A stretch of DNA of 64,000 nucleotides from an uncultured delta proteobacterium (GCA_963743525.1 CAVUQH010000004.1:448001-512000); one strand, 5' to 3'. Shown: positions 22,752-38,219, counted from the stretch's first letter. Numbers and translations are program-made. The notes: generated by a model from the sequence alone, not told the origin.

Positions 22752-24365
22752 GTGAACGCACGCTGGCCGGTGGCGGTGGGCGGCGCTTCGCTGGTGCTGG
22801 CGCTGGCGTGGGCCGCGCGCGCGCAGCCGGGCGGCGGCCCGAGCAAGGACGCCGACGCGCCGGCGGTCGGCTTCGATCACATCGCTCACGAGGGCAAGGT
22901 CGCGGTCGCCGGCGCCGCGGCGATTCCGTGCGCGCGCTGCCACCAGCTGAAGAAGGACGGCGGCCTGCGCGGCGCCCCCGATCACGCCGCCTGCTTCGGC
23001 GCCTGTCACGGCGGCAACCCGCCCAGGCGACGCGGGCGCGCGCCCTACCCGGCCGCCGCCGAGCGGCGCAAGGTGTGCCAGGCGTGCCACGCGCCCGGTG
23101 CCCTCGACCGCGCCGCCGCCGGCTCGTCGGACAAGCTGCGCGTCTTCTACCCGCCATACGGCGTCGAGCCCGACTTCAGCATCACCTTCGCCCACGATCG
23201 CCACGCCACGCCGTCGGACCAGGCGCGCGGCTGCCGCACCTGCCACGCGATGCCGGCGGATCCGGGCAAGCCGGCGCCGCGCCGGCCGGCGATCCACAGC
23301 CGCTGCGCCGGTTGCCACAAGGGCAGCGGCGCCGCCGCGCCGATGAGCGCGTGCAAGACCTGCCACCTGCCGGCGTTCGGCCCGGCGACCAGCCCGCACC
23401 GGGTCGCCAGCCCGTTCGCCGTGCGCGCGACCTTCTCGCACCGCGCGCATCTGGCCCGCGCCGGCGCCGCGGGCTGCCGCACCTGCCACGCCGCCGTGCG
23501 CAAGACCAACGGCGACGAAATCCCCGAGCCCGACACCGCCACTTGCGCCGGCTGCCACGACGGCGAGACCGCGTTCGCCACCACCGGCGAGAGCTGTCGC
23601 CGCTGCCACACCGCGCCGACCGAGCGCGTGCACCGGCCGACGCCGTCGCACACCGCGTTCTCCCACGCCGCCCACCGCGCGCGCGGGTTGGCGCTGCCGT
23701 GCGCCACCTGTCACCGGCTCGCTGCCGACGGCACCCTGGCCGAGCCGCGCCACGCGCCCTGCTCCGACTCCGGCTGCCACCGCGAACAGTTCGCCATGAC
23801 GTCGCCGTCGATCTGCGGCACCTGCCACACCGGGTGGGAGCCGTGGCGCCCGCTCCACGTCGACCGCCACGCCGTCGGCACCACCGAGTTCGGCGCCCGC
23901 TTCGACCACCGCGCCCACGGCGACACCACCACCACCTGCGAGCGCTGCCACCGCGCCGGCACCGACACCGCCGGCGCCCTGCCGGTGCTCGCCGGCCACG
24001 CCGCCTGCAGCGGCACCGCCTGCCACGATCGCGCGGGCGCCGCCAAGCCGCCGCTGTCCCGCTGCGACGACTGCCACCAGCTCGGCCTCCAACGCGATCG
24101 CGCCGCCGCCCGCGACCGCGCCCCCTGGTCCGTGCGCGCCCGCTTCGACCACCGCGCCCACCGCACCGACCCGACCGGCGCCGCCGTCGCCTGCGCCCGT
24201 TGCCACACCCGCGCCGCCCAATCGACCGACATCGCCTCCATGCCCACCCCGACCAAGCCGACCTGCGCCCCCTGCCACGACGGAAAAACCGCCTTCAAGC
24301 TCACCGGCCACGCCTGCAGCCGCTGCCACGGCAACGGGGACACGCACGCCCCCTCCAACCCCTGA
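22752..24365 (+). CDS. Exported multiheme c-type cytochrome, ~18 hemes (six c7-type triheme domains)
   Basis: Signal peptide ending ARA; 15 CxxCH, 1 CX3CH and 2 CX4CH; six FxHxxH motifs, each followed by three heme motifs; CHDGxTAF twice. Confidence 0.93.
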   Translation: MNARWPVAVGGASLVLALAWAARAQPGGGPSKDADAPAVGFDHIAHEGKVAVAGAAAIPCARCHQLKKDGGLRGAPDHAACFGACHGGNPPRRRGRAPYPAAAERRKVCQACHAPGALDRAAAGSSDKLRVFYPPYGVEPDFSITFAHDRHATPSDQARGCRTCHAMPADPGKPAPRRPAIHSRCAGCHKGSGAAAPMSACKTCHLPAFGPATSPHRVASPFAVRATFSHRAHLARAGAAGCRTCHAAVRKTNGDEIPEPDTATCAGCHDGETAFATTGESCRRCHTAPTERVHRPTPSHTAFSHAAHRARGLALPCATCHRLAADGTLAEPRHAPCSDSGCHREQFAMTSPSICGTCHTGWEPWRPLHVDRHAVGTTEFGARFDHRAHGDTTTTCERCHRAGTDTAGALPVLAGHAACSGTACHDRAGAAKPPLSRCDDCHQLGLQRDRAAARDRAPWSVRARFDHRAHRTDPTGAAVACARCHTRAAQSTDIASMPTPTKPTCAPCHDGKTAFKLTGHACSRCHGNGDTHAPSNP

Positions 24366-24415
24366 GAATCAATCAGGATCTCAACGCAAGTGGCCAATCC
24401 TCCAACCTCGCGAAA

Positions 24416-29629
<5,214 letters not shown>

Positions 29630-29632
29630 CGA

Positions 29633-31261
29633 TCAGGGGGTGGGACGGCGCAGTGCGTGGCGCAGTTGCGCGAGGTCGGGCGGCTTGCCCAGGTGGTCGT
29701 CGAAGCCGGCCGCCAGCGCCCGCTGCCGGTCGGCGTGTTGTGCGAAACCACTGAGAGCGACCAGTCGAACCCGGCTGCCCAGCCCTCCGTTCCCCCGCAC
29801 CCGGACGGCCAACTCGCAGCCGTCGCCGTCGGGCAGCCCGAGGTCGACCAGCACCACGTCCGGGCACGCGAGGTCGATCATCTCCAGACCGGCCGCCATC
29901 GTCCCGGCGACCCGAACTCGATGGCCCCAGCCGCGCAGCAGCTCCGACAGCGTCTCACGCAGATCGTCGTTGTCCTCGACGACCAGCAGGTCCAACACCT
30001 CGCAGCTCACCGGAGCCGGCGGCGTCACGCAGACTGGCAGCGCCTCGCAGTCGATCAGCGGCAGCCGGATGTCGAACCGGCTGCCGCGCCCCGGCCCCGC
30101 GCTGTGCGCGCTCAAGGTGCCGCCCTGCAGCTCCACCAGCCTGCGCGCCAGGGTCAAGCCGACCCCCAGCCCGCCCCGTCCCGGCTCGGCCTGGGCGAAC
30201 ATGTCGAAGACGTGCTCCAGCGCCTCCTGATCGAGTCCGCGACCGTCGTCGCTGACGCTGATGATCGCGCGAGGCCCCTCGGCTTTGGCGGCCACGGTGA
30301 TGTGGCCGTACGGATCCGTATACCGAGCGGCGTTGGCCAGCAGGTTCGACACCACCTGGGCCATGCGCACGTCGTCCGCGTGGACGACCAGCGGCTCGGG
30401 TGGCAGCACGACCTCCAGGTGGTGGTTTGCGGCCTCGATCGACGGCGTCGCGATCGCCACCGCGCTCTCGATCACGTCCGACACGAGAACGTCCTTGCGC
30501 GCCAGATCGAGCTTGCCGGAGTTGATGCGCGAGACGTCGATGAGATCGTCGACCAGGCGCACCAGGTGGTGGAGCTGTCGGTCGATGACGCCGCGCGCGC
30601 GCGCGCGCGTCTCGGCGTCGCTGTTCAACTGATCGATGACGGCGAACCCGGTCACCAGCGCCGCCAGCGGATTGCGCAGCTCGTGCCCCAGAACGGCGAT
30701 GAACTCATCCTTGCGCCGATCGATGCGCCGCTGCTCTTCCATCTGCCGCCGCAAGGCGGCTGCCTCGAGCTCCCGGCGCTGAGCCGTGAGCTCCTCCTCG
30801 TGTTGCCGCCGCTCGTGTTCCCGAAGCTGCTCGGCCTGACGAGCGACTTCCGCCGTCCGCCGTTGCAGCTCGACGAAGACGTTGACCTTCGCGCGCAGGA
30901 CCTCGCTGCGAACGGGCTTGAACAGGAAATCGACCGCGCCCAGACTGTAGGCATCCAGGACTTCGGCCTCGTCGCGGTCGTACGCGGTGATGAAGATGAT
31001 CGGTATGTGCCGATTGCGGCCGCGCGATCGGATCATCCGCGCGGTCTCGTAGCCGTCCATCCCGGGCATCTGCACGTCCAGCAGGACCAGGGCGAAGTCC
31101 TGCTGCAGCAGATCGCGCAGCGCCTCTGCGCCGGAGCTGGCGGTGACGATGCGGTGAGGGAGCCCCGCCAGGGCGACTTCCATCGCCAGCAGGTTCTGCG
31201 AGGTGTCGTCGACGACCAGGATCGCCGCCTCCTCGGCAGATGGCTCGATGCGTTCAATCAT
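29633..31261 (-). CDS. Hybrid kinase REC-HisKA-HATPase-REC
   Basis: [35 protein letters not shown]-terminal LLVVEDN receiver. ATG at 31261. Confidence 0.93.
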   Translation of the reverse strand: MIERIEPSAEEAAILVVDDTSQNLLAMEVALAGLPHRIVTASSGAEALRDLLQQDFALVLLDVQMPGMDGYETARMIRSRGRNRHIPIIFITAYDRDEAEVLDAYSLGAVDFLFKPVRSEVLRAKVNVFVELQRRTAEVARQAEQLREHERRQHEEELTAQRRELEAAALRRQMEEQRRIDRRKDEFIAVLGHELRNPLAALVTGFAVIDQLNSDAETRARARGVIDRQLHHLVRLVDDLIDVSRINSGKLDLARKDVLVSDVIESAVAIATPSIEAANHHLEVVLPPEPLVVHADDVRMAQVVSNLLANAARYTDPYGHITVAAKAEGPRAIISVSDDGRGLDQEALEHVFDMFAQAEPGRGGLGVGLTLARRLVELQGGTLSAHSAGPGRGSRFDIRLPLIDCEALPVCVTPPAPVSCEVLDLLVVEDNDDLRETLSELLRGWGHRVRVAGTMAAGLEMIDLACPDVVLVDLGLPDGDGCELAVRVRGNGGLGSRVRLVALSGFAQHADRQRALAAGFDDHLGKPPDLAQLRHALRRPTP

Positions 31262-31342
31262 CTGTGGAGGTACCAACGGGTTGCTAGCCCTCTCCCGACT
31301 CGATTCGGTTGTGAAGGATCGGCCACACGGCCGCCAGGGGGG

Positions 31343-31360
31343 TGTTACCGCGGCGTAACA
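31343..31360. promoter_or_regulatory. Candidate operator TGTTAC-N6-GTAACA
   Basis: Perfect 6-bp AT-rich inverted repeat in the short intergenic region upstream of the 31261 kinase. Confidence 0.35.
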
Positions 31361-31361
31361 G

Positions 31362-31772
31362 TCAGTTGCCGGTGAGCTGTCCGATCGCCCGTTCGAGCTC
31401 GGATGCGTCGAACGGCTTGGAGAACAGCCTCGTGTGCGGCATTCGCGCGACGCGCGCTTCCAGCGCCTCGTCACAAAATGCCGAGATGATCACGATCGGC
31501 TGTTTCCAACCGTTCTCACGCAGCCCCTCGACGATGTTGAGCCCATTGAACCCGGGCATGCGCACGTCGGTGATGATCGCGTCGGCCGGCGCGTCGTCCT
31601 CTCCCAGGATCGAAGGAGCGAGCACGTCCATGAGGGCGGCCCCGCTGCTCAGCGCACGAACGTCGTATCCGGCGGCCGCCAGGATGCACGCCAGCGCATC
31701 GCGCAGGTCGTCATCGTCTTCGGCCAGGAGCACACGAACGGGTCGTCTGTCACGGCGCGGTGAAGCGGTCAT
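31362..31772 (-). CDS. Single-domain response regulator
   Basis: VLLAEDD, IITDVRMP, IISAF, SKPF. Confidence 0.9.
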   Translation of the reverse strand: MTASPRRDRRPVRVLLAEDDDDLRDALACILAAAGYDVRALSSGAALMDVLAPSILGEDDAPADAIITDVRMPGFNGLNIVEGLRENGWKQPIVIISAFCDEALEARVARMPHTRLFSKPFDASELERAIGQLTGN

Positions 31773-31840
31773 GTCCCACAGCCATGCAATGGCCGAGCCA
31801 CCGCGCGGACTGGCCTCGTTCCTGCATTGATCCCGGGGCG

Positions 31841-34060
31841 ATGACCCATGCGCATCGCGATCGCGGCGGTCCTGGGAGGGAGGCAACCTACGACATCGGC
31901 GAGACCAACCTACCCTCGACCGCCGACCGACTGGCCGAGCTGGCGCGACGACTCGCCCTGCACGGCGACCCGTTCTTCGCCAGACCGGAGCTGCAAACGC
32001 TGGCCGAGCAACTCACCAGCTTACCCGCAGAGCGCAGGCGGGTGGTCGAAGCCGCCAGCGGCTGGCAACGCGCCGTCCTCGGAGCACTGGCCGCGCGCCA
32101 GATCGGACAGGGCGCCGAGCTGCGCTGGAAGCGCGACCTGCGCGTCGTTCAGCGCAGCCTGGAGCGGCTGATCGAGATCGCCGGAACCTGGCCGCTGGGT
32201 GTGCCACTGGATCGCGAGGAGGTGACGTTGCACTTCGCGCGACACGACCTGGCGCGACTCGCGCGCCAGGCCTGCGCGGCGTTCACGTCCCTGGCCCGCG
32301 AACGGCGGCTGGACTTCCGTGTCGATCTCCCCGAGTCACTCCCCGCCGAGATCGATGGCGCCAAGATCGAAGCGGCCATCGTCAACCTGCTCTTCAACGC
32401 GTTCAAGATGACGCCGGTAGATGGCACCATCCGCATCGACATCGAGGTCAACGATCTGACCAGCGAAGCGCTGATGTCGGTGTCCGACAGCGGCCCCGGA
32501 CTGCCACACGCCCACGTACACACGCTGTTCAACCGCCATCGCAACTGGGAGCGCAGCGCCAACCCCGACCGACTGGGGTTCAGCCTGGGCCGGTCGCGTG
32601 ATTTCCTCGAGCTGCACGGCGGCGAGCTTCGCGCGGCGCATCGCTCGACCCGGCCCGGCGCCGAGTTCCTGGTGCGCATCCCGCTTCAGGCGCCGCTGGG
32701 ACTCGACGTCGCCGGCGATGCGCCCGCCGAGTCCACCGATCTGCCCACCCGCGCGGCGCACATCGCCGGCGCCGAGTTGAAAGTCGAGGCCTCGCTGGGC
32801 GAGAGCGCGCCCCCGCGCGACGAGCGCCCGCTGGTGTTGATCGTCGACGACAGCCGCGCGATTCACCGCGTGCTCGCCGCCGAGCTCGGCGCCACGTGTC
32901 GCACGGCGTCGGCGTTCGACGGCACCTCCGGGCTGCAAAAGGCGGGCGAGCTCCGGCCGGACATGATCATCGCCGACCTGCAGCTGCCGGGCATGGACGG
33001 CAACACCATGATCCGGGCGCTGCGCGCACACACCAGCCTGTCCGAGATTCCGATCCTGGTGATCACGGGGCAGGATTCCAGCGAGATCGTGTCGCTGCTC
33101 GAGGATGGCGTGCAGGACGTCCTGCACAAGCCGTTCGTGCTGCCCGAGGTGCGCGCCCGCGTGCGCAACATCATCGCCGCCAAGCGAGCGCGCGACGTCC
33201 TGCGCGGCCTGGTCGGCGAGCGGGAGACCGACCTCGTGCGCCTGGCCGACGACGTCTCCCGCCACCAGCGACGACTGGAGGCGGCCCTGGACGAAATTCG
33301 CGTGGCCCGCGAGCTGGTCGAAACTGCAGGTCGGGTCAAGACCAACTTCCTGCGCATGGTCTCCCACGAGCTGCGAACGCCGGTGACGGCGCTGTCGCTG
33401 CAGCTCCAACTGCTCGCCCGCCAGCCGGCGGCGACGTCCTCCCAGCAGCGCGCCGATGGGCTGGCGCGGATGTCGCGTTCGATCTCGCGGCTGCTCCACC
33501 TCGTGGACACCGTCATCGAGTGGGCGCGGGTGGAGAGCGGCCGCTGTCACGTCACGTCCGAGCCGATCGATCTCGGGCAGCTCGCGGCCGGCGCCGTACG
33601 TGAGGTCGAGCCACAGACCCGCGCCAAGGCGATCGACCTGGTGCTGGACGCGCCGCCGCGCGACATGCCGCTGCTGCACAACGACCCCAGGCTGGTACGC
33701 CTGGTGCTGATCAATCTGCTCGAGCGAGCGGTACGCGTGAGCGAGACGGGGCCGGTCCGCGTGCGCGTGACCCACGGCGACGGCGGTCACCGGCTGCACG
33801 TGGTCGACGGCGCGCCCTCGATCACCGGGGCTCAGCGCTTCGATCTCTTCGAGCCCCTGCTGTCCACCGAAGATCTGGCGCTGATGAAAGGGGCCGGCTC
33901 CGGGCTCGGGCTGTACGTGGTCCGCGACATCGCGCGCGCCGCCGGCGGTGACGTCTTCCTTCGCGAAGACGAGCACCCGGGCAACGCCTTCGAGGTCGTG
34001 TTGACCGATCGCGACGCCGCCCCCACCCGTTCCGCTGAGGAGGTCACATGTCGTGGGTAG
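31841..34060 (+). CDS. Atypical hybrid kinase: HATPase-REC-HisKA-HATPase
   Basis: NLLFNAFK/DSGPGL; LIVDD..IADLQLP..HKPF; MVSHELRTP; GSGLGL. Confidence 0.85.
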   Translation: MTHAHRDRGGPGREATYDIGETNLPSTADRLAELARRLALHGDPFFARPELQTLAEQLTSLPAERRRVVEAASGWQRAVLGALAARQIGQGAELRWKRDLRVVQRSLERLIEIAGTWPLGVPLDREEVTLHFARHDLARLARQACAAFTSLARERRLDFRVDLPESLPAEIDGAKIEAAIVNLLFNAFKMTPVDGTIRIDIEVNDLTSEALMSVSDSGPGLPHAHVHTLFNRHRNWERSANPDRLGFSLGRSRDFLELHGGELRAAHRSTRPGAEFLVRIPLQAPLGLDVAGDAPAESTDLPTRAAHIAGAELKVEASLGESAPPRDERPLVLIVDDSRAIHRVLAAELGATCRTASAFDGTSGLQKAGELRPDMIIADLQLPGMDGNTMIRALRAHTSLSEIPILVITGQDSSEIVSLLEDGVQDVLHKPFVLPEVRARVRNIIAAKRARDVLRGLVGERETDLVRLADDVSRHQRRLEAALDEIRVARELVETAGRVKTNFLRMVSHELRTPVTALSLQLQLLARQPAATSSQQRADGLARMSRSISRLLHLVDTVIEWARVESGRCHVTSEPIDLGQLAAGAVREVEPQTRAKAIDLVLDAPPRDMPLLHNDPRLVRLVLINLLERAVRVSETGPVRVRVTHGDGGHRLHVVDGAPSITGAQRFDLFEPLLSTEDLALMKGAGSGLGLYVVRDIARAAGGDVFLREDEHPGNAFEVVLTDRDAAPTRSAEEVTCRG

Positions 34061-34551
34061 TCTGGCACGGTGACGACCCGGTCGAGGTGCCGCCGTACGG
34101 CCGCACCAAGCGGCCGCGCCTGCTTCTCGCCGAGGACGACGACGAGATCCGAACCACATTGGCCGACATCTTCGCGCTCGACGGATATCAGGTCACGGCG
34201 GCTCCAGACGGCACGCTGCTGGTGCAGTACCTCGAGCGCGCGCGTGACGCCCAACAGATCCCGCACGTGCTCGTGCTCGACCACCGCATGCCGGGCGTGT
34301 CCGGCCTGGAGATCGCCCGCGCGCTCCGCGAAGCCGGCTGGCCCATACCGATCATCATGATCACCGCGTTCGCCGGCGACATCGAGGCGATCGCTCGCAA
34401 CGCCGGCGCCGACGCGGTGTTTCAAAAACCGTTCGACGCCGACGATCTGCGCACCGCCGTCTACTACTGCATGCAGGACCGCGGTGGGCCTTTCCCCGAC
34501 GGATTCCCCCTGCCAGATCTGAGAGCTCCCGGCGACGATCGCGAGCCGTAA
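34048..34551 (+). CDS. Single-domain response regulator
   Basis: LLLAEDD, VLDHRMP, MITAF, QKPF. Confidence 0.9.
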   Translation: MSWVVWHGDDPVEVPPYGRTKRPRLLLAEDDDEIRTTLADIFALDGYQVTAAPDGTLLVQYLERARDAQQIPHVLVLDHRMPGVSGLEIARALREAGWPIPIIMITAFAGDIEAIARNAGADAVFQKPFDADDLRTAVYYCMQDRGGPFPDGFPLPDLRAPGDDREP

Positions 34552-34617
34552 CGCATCCTACGCTTCGGCGTGCCATTGATGGCCGTCGGGGGCCGGCGTT
34601 AGAGTGTTGGATCGAAG

Positions 34618-36009
34618 GTGGGGACTGCGATCCATAGTGGCGCGCTGCGCATCCTGGTCGTGGAGGACGAGCGGGATATTGCCCATGCGCTGGTCGAGGC
34701 GCTGCACCAGGAGGGCTACCAGGCGAGCCTGGAGACCGACGGGCTGCGGGCGCTCCAGACCCTGAGGGAGCAGACCTTCGACCTGCTCATCTGCGACATC
34801 CGGCTGCCGGGTGCCGACGGCTTCGACATCCTCCGCAGCGCGCGCGAGACCAGCCCGGGGACGCCGGTCATCCTCATGAGCGCCTACGGCTCGATCCCGG
34901 AGGCCGTCGACGCCCTCCGCCTCGAGCACGCCGCGCACTACCTGGCCAAACCGTTCGCCATCGACCAACTGCTGGATTCCGTGGCCGAGATCGAGCAGCG
35001 CATCTCGCTGCAACGGGCGGCCCTGGTGTCCGGCGCCGGCGCGCCGGAGGAGGCGATCATCGGCCAGAGCGCGAGCATCAGCGCGCTTCGCGACTTCGTC
35101 CGCACCGTGGCCGACACCGACGGCCCGGTGTTGCTCACCGGCGAGACCGGTACCGGCAAAGAGCTGGTCGCCCACGTCATTCACTTGATCAGCCGGCGCC
35201 GAGACGAAGCGCTGGTCGCGGTCAACTGCGCGGCGTTCCCCGACACGCTGCTCGAGTCCGAGCTTTTCGGACACGAACGCGGAGCGTTCACCGGCGCGAG
35301 CCAGCGGCGCGAGGGTCGCTTCCGCGCCGCCGAAGGTGGCACCCTGTTCCTCGACGAGGTCGGAGACATCGCTCCCAGCGCCCAGGCCAAGCTGCTGCGC
35401 GTCCTCGAAGACGGTTCGTTCCAGCCGCTCGGCTCCGACACCACGTTGCACGCCGACGTGCGCATCCTGTCGGCGACCAACGCCGACCTGCGCGCCGGCG
35501 GCGACAATCGGCTCCGCGAAGACCTGTTCTATCGGCTCAAGCTGTTCCACGTGCATCTGCCGCCGCTGCGCGAACGGATGAGCGACCTGCCGCTTCTGGT
35601 CAAGCATTTCCTCGCCGAGCTGAGCTCGGGGCAACCGCCGGAGATCTCACCACGCGCGTGGGCGGCCCTGCGGGCACACGACTACCCGGGCAACGTCCGC
35701 GAGCTTCGCCACGCCATCCGCCACGCGCTGGTCATCGCCCGGGGCGACGAGATCGATCTCTGCCATCTGCCCCACGAGCTGCGCGGTGGCGCGCCCGCGC
35801 CGACGGCTGTGCCGCAGCTCCAGTCGCTGCAGGACGCCGAGCGCGCGTTTGCTCGCGACTACCTGTTGCGCGCGTTGCGTGCGACCGACTGGAATCGCAC
35901 GCAGGCGGCCAAGCTGTTGGGCATCTCGCGCAAGACGCTGTGGAAGCGGCTCCGCGATCTGGGCATTCACCAGGACGGCGCCGCGCCGGACTCCAGTACG
36001 ACTCCCTGA
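34618..36009 (+). CDS. NtrC-family sigma-54-dependent response regulator
   Basis: REC domain, GETGTGKE, ESELFGHERGAFTGA, LFLDE, YPGNVREL, C-terminal Fis-type HTH. Confidence 0.95.
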   Translation: MGTAIHSGALRILVVEDERDIAHALVEALHQEGYQASLETDGLRALQTLREQTFDLLICDIRLPGADGFDILRSARETSPGTPVILMSAYGSIPEAVDALRLEHAAHYLAKPFAIDQLLDSVAEIEQRISLQRAALVSGAGAPEEAIIGQSASISALRDFVRTVADTDGPVLLTGETGTGKELVAHVIHLISRRRDEALVAVNCAAFPDTLLESELFGHERGAFTGASQRREGRFRAAEGGTLFLDEVGDIAPSAQAKLLRVLEDGSFQPLGSDTTLHADVRILSATNADLRAGGDNRLREDLFYRLKLFHVHLPPLRERMSDLPLLVKHFLAELSSGQPPEISPRAWAALRAHDYPGNVRELRHAIRHALVIARGDEIDLCHLPHELRGGAPAPTAVPQLQSLQDAERAFARDYLLRALRATDWNRTQAAKLLGISRKTLWKRLRDLGIHQDGAAPDSSTTP

Positions 36010-36051
36010 CCCGGTTTCGGTGCCGCGGCGCCCCCGTGTTATAGGGGGGCG

Positions 36052-36822
36052 ATGCGCGGTTTGGTTGGGCTCGCGCTCGTCGGGGTGCTCGTCGCAGGAG
36101 GCGAGGCTCGGGCGGGGATCGTGAACGTGCAGTCGGCGCTTTCGGCCAGCTCGGACGAAGGGGTGTCGGGCTCGGTGACCGGGAGCGCTGACTGGCGCAC
36201 CGGCAACACCGATCTGCTGGTGCTGGGGGCGGCGGCGGTGGTGCGCTATCGCCGCGGTGATCATCTGTGGCTGGGGATTGCCAAGGGCGATTTCGGCAAG
36301 AGCAACGGCGCGCGGATCATCGCCAAGACGTTCGCCCACCTGCGCTACCGCTATCGCTTTCACGCGCGGGTGCTGGGCGAGGTGTTCGCGCAGCACGAGC
36401 TCGACCAGTTTCGCCGGCTGGCGACCCGGGCGCTGGTCGGTGCGGGGCCGATGTTCGATCTGGTCGACCGGAAGGATCTGTCGGTGGGCGTGGGCGTGGC
36501 GTACATGCTCGAGTACGAGAAGCTGCGCAACGACGGCGCCATCGACGCCGGGGCGTCGGACATACAGCACCGGCTGTCGAGCTATGTCACCGCGCACTAC
36601 GAGCTGGACGATCACCTCGAGCTGGTGGAGACGGCCTATGCCCAGCCGCGGCTGACCGACGCCGCCGACTACCGGCTGCTGTCGGACTCGCAGCTGGTGG
36701 TCAAGGTGAACTCCAAGGTCTCGCTGACCACGACCTTCTCGGTGGCGTTCGACAACCGGCCGCCGGCGACGATCGAGAAGACCGACACCGCGCTCAAGAG
36801 CGCCGTCTCGGTCTCGTTCTGA
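36052..36822 (+). CDS. DUF481-like outer-membrane beta-barrel protein
   Basis: Signal peptide, IVNVQ start of mature protein, RTGNT, amphipathic strands, C-terminal F. Confidence 0.75.
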   Translation: MRGLVGLALVGVLVAGGEARAGIVNVQSALSASSDEGVSGSVTGSADWRTGNTDLLVLGAAAVVRYRRGDHLWLGIAKGDFGKSNGARIIAKTFAHLRYRYRFHARVLGEVFAQHELDQFRRLATRALVGAGPMFDLVDRKDLSVGVGVAYMLEYEKLRNDGAIDAGASDIQHRLSSYVTAHYELDDHLELVETAYAQPRLTDAADYRLLSDSQLVVKVNSKVSLTTTFSVAFDNRPPATIEKTDTALKSAVSVSF

Positions 36823-37167
36823 TCAGAACGGCCACAGCGCCCAGGTGAAGTAGAGGCCGGCGAAGCCGACGGCGGTCAGCGCCCAGGCGCCGGCCAGGCG
36901 GTCGACGCTGGCGGGAAGCTCGCGGCCGGCCAGCCGCGCGGCAACGCTGACGATGCCGGCGCCGACCAGCGCGCCGCCGACGCCCCAAAGCACCATGCCC
37001 AGGTAGCTCATCTCCAGCGGCGCCGGCGACGAGGTCATGCGGAAGGCGCGGTCGAGGGGCGAGTAGACCAGCCGCGGCCACTTGCCGAAGTCGCACAGAA
37101 CGTAGGCCAGGCAGTAGCCGACGATGCCGCCACACGCGGCCAGATATCGCTGTTGCCAGCGGGGCAC
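36823..37167 (-). CDS. Small membrane protein (~3 TM)
   Basis: Hydrophobic C-terminal third of ORF 36823..37755; the rest of that ORF is the antisense shadow of trxB. GTG at 37167 chosen. Confidence 0.6.
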   Translation of the reverse strand: MPRWQQRYLAACGGIVGYCLAYVLCDFGKWPRLVYSPLDRAFRMTSSPAPLEMSYLGMVLWGVGGALVGAGIVSVAARLAGRELPASVDRLAGAWALTAVGFAGLYFTWALWPF

Positions 37168-37212
37168 CAGGGCCAGTCTACCCGAACCCTGCGTGCTATA
37201 GTGCGCGGCCTC

Positions 37213-38157
37213 ATGGCAGACAAGGTCGTCATCATCGGCAGTGGACCCGCTGCCCACACCGCCGCCGTCTACACCGCTCGCGCCGAGCTGCAACCGGTGC
37301 TGTTCGAGGGCTTCATGGCCGGGGGCATCGCCGCCGGCGGACAGCTCACCACCACCACCGACGTCGAGAACTTCCCCGGCTTCCCCGAGGGCGTCGGCGG
37401 CCCGGAGCTGTGCGATCGGTTCCGCGCCCAGTCCGAGCGCTTCGGCACCCGCATCTTCACCGAGACGGTCAACAAGGTCGACCTGTCCAAGCGCCCGTTC
37501 CACTACGTCACCGACGAGCGCGAGGGCGACGCCGACTGCCTGATCATCGCCACCGGCGCCACCGCCAAGCGCCTCGACATCCCCGGCGCCGCCGAGGGCG
37601 AGCTGTGGCAGCGCGGCATCTCCGCCTGCGCGGTGTGCGACGGCGCCCTGCCCGCGTTCCGCAACGTGCCGCTGATGGTCATCGGCGGCGGCGACTCGGC
37701 CATGGAAGAGGCCACCTATCTGACCAAGTACGGCTCCAAGGTCTACCTGGTCCACCGCCGCGACGAGTTCCGCGCCTCCAAGATCATGCAGGAGCGGGTG
37801 ATGGCCAACCCGAAGATCGAGGTCCTGTGGTCATCCCAGGCAACGGCAGCGCTGGGTGACGACGGCCTGACGGCGGTGCGCATCAAGGATCTGAAGAGCG
37901 GCGACGAGCGCGAGCTCGAGGTCAACGGCCTGTTCTTCGCCATCGGCCATGTGCCCAACACCGGCTTCCTCGGGGGACAGCTCGAGACCGACGACCAGGG
38001 CTACCTGGTGACCAAACCCGACTCGACCGCCACCTCAGTGGACGGGGTGTTCGCCGCCGGCGACGTCCAGGACAAGAAGTGGCGACAGGCGATCACCGCC
38101 GCCGGGACCGGATGCATGGCCGCCCTCGAGGCCGAGCATTTTCTCGCCGGACACTGA
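37213..38157 (+). CDS. trxB: Thioredoxin-disulfide reductase
   Basis: [44 protein letters not shown]. Confidence 0.97.
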   Translation: MADKVVIIGSGPAAHTAAVYTARAELQPVLFEGFMAGGIAAGGQLTTTTDVENFPGFPEGVGGPELCDRFRAQSERFGTRIFTETVNKVDLSKRPFHYVTDEREGDADCLIIATGATAKRLDIPGAAEGELWQRGISACAVCDGALPAFRNVPLMVIGGGDSAMEEATYLTKYGSKVYLVHRRDEFRASKIMQERVMANPKIEVLWSSQATAALGDDGLTAVRIKDLKSGDERELEVNGLFFAIGHVPNTGFLGGQLETDDQGYLVTKPDSTATSVDGVFAAGDVQDKKWRQAITAAGTGCMAALEAEHFLAGH

Positions 38158-38190
38158 TTTCGGGCAGTTAGAAACCCGACGCTCATTCAA

Positions 38191-38219
38191 TGAGCCGGTT
38201 CCGCCGGGGCCCGCCACAT
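38191..38219 (+). promoter_or_regulatory. Candidate ECF promoter, copy 1 (autoregulatory)
   Basis: TGAGCCGGTTCCG-N11-CACAT directly upstream of the ECF sigma gene. Confidence 0.75.

Noticed and set aside
34561..34575. Minus-strand TGGCACGCCGAAGC as a sigma-54 promoter
   Set aside because: GG-to-GC spacing is 9 rather than 10, TTGC is absent, and it points antisense into a gene.
36007..36045. TGACCCGGTTTCG upstream of the DUF481-like gene as a fourth ECF promoter
   Set aside because: One mismatch in the 13-mer and no CACWW at the conserved spacing; it could belong to another sigma but is unsupported.
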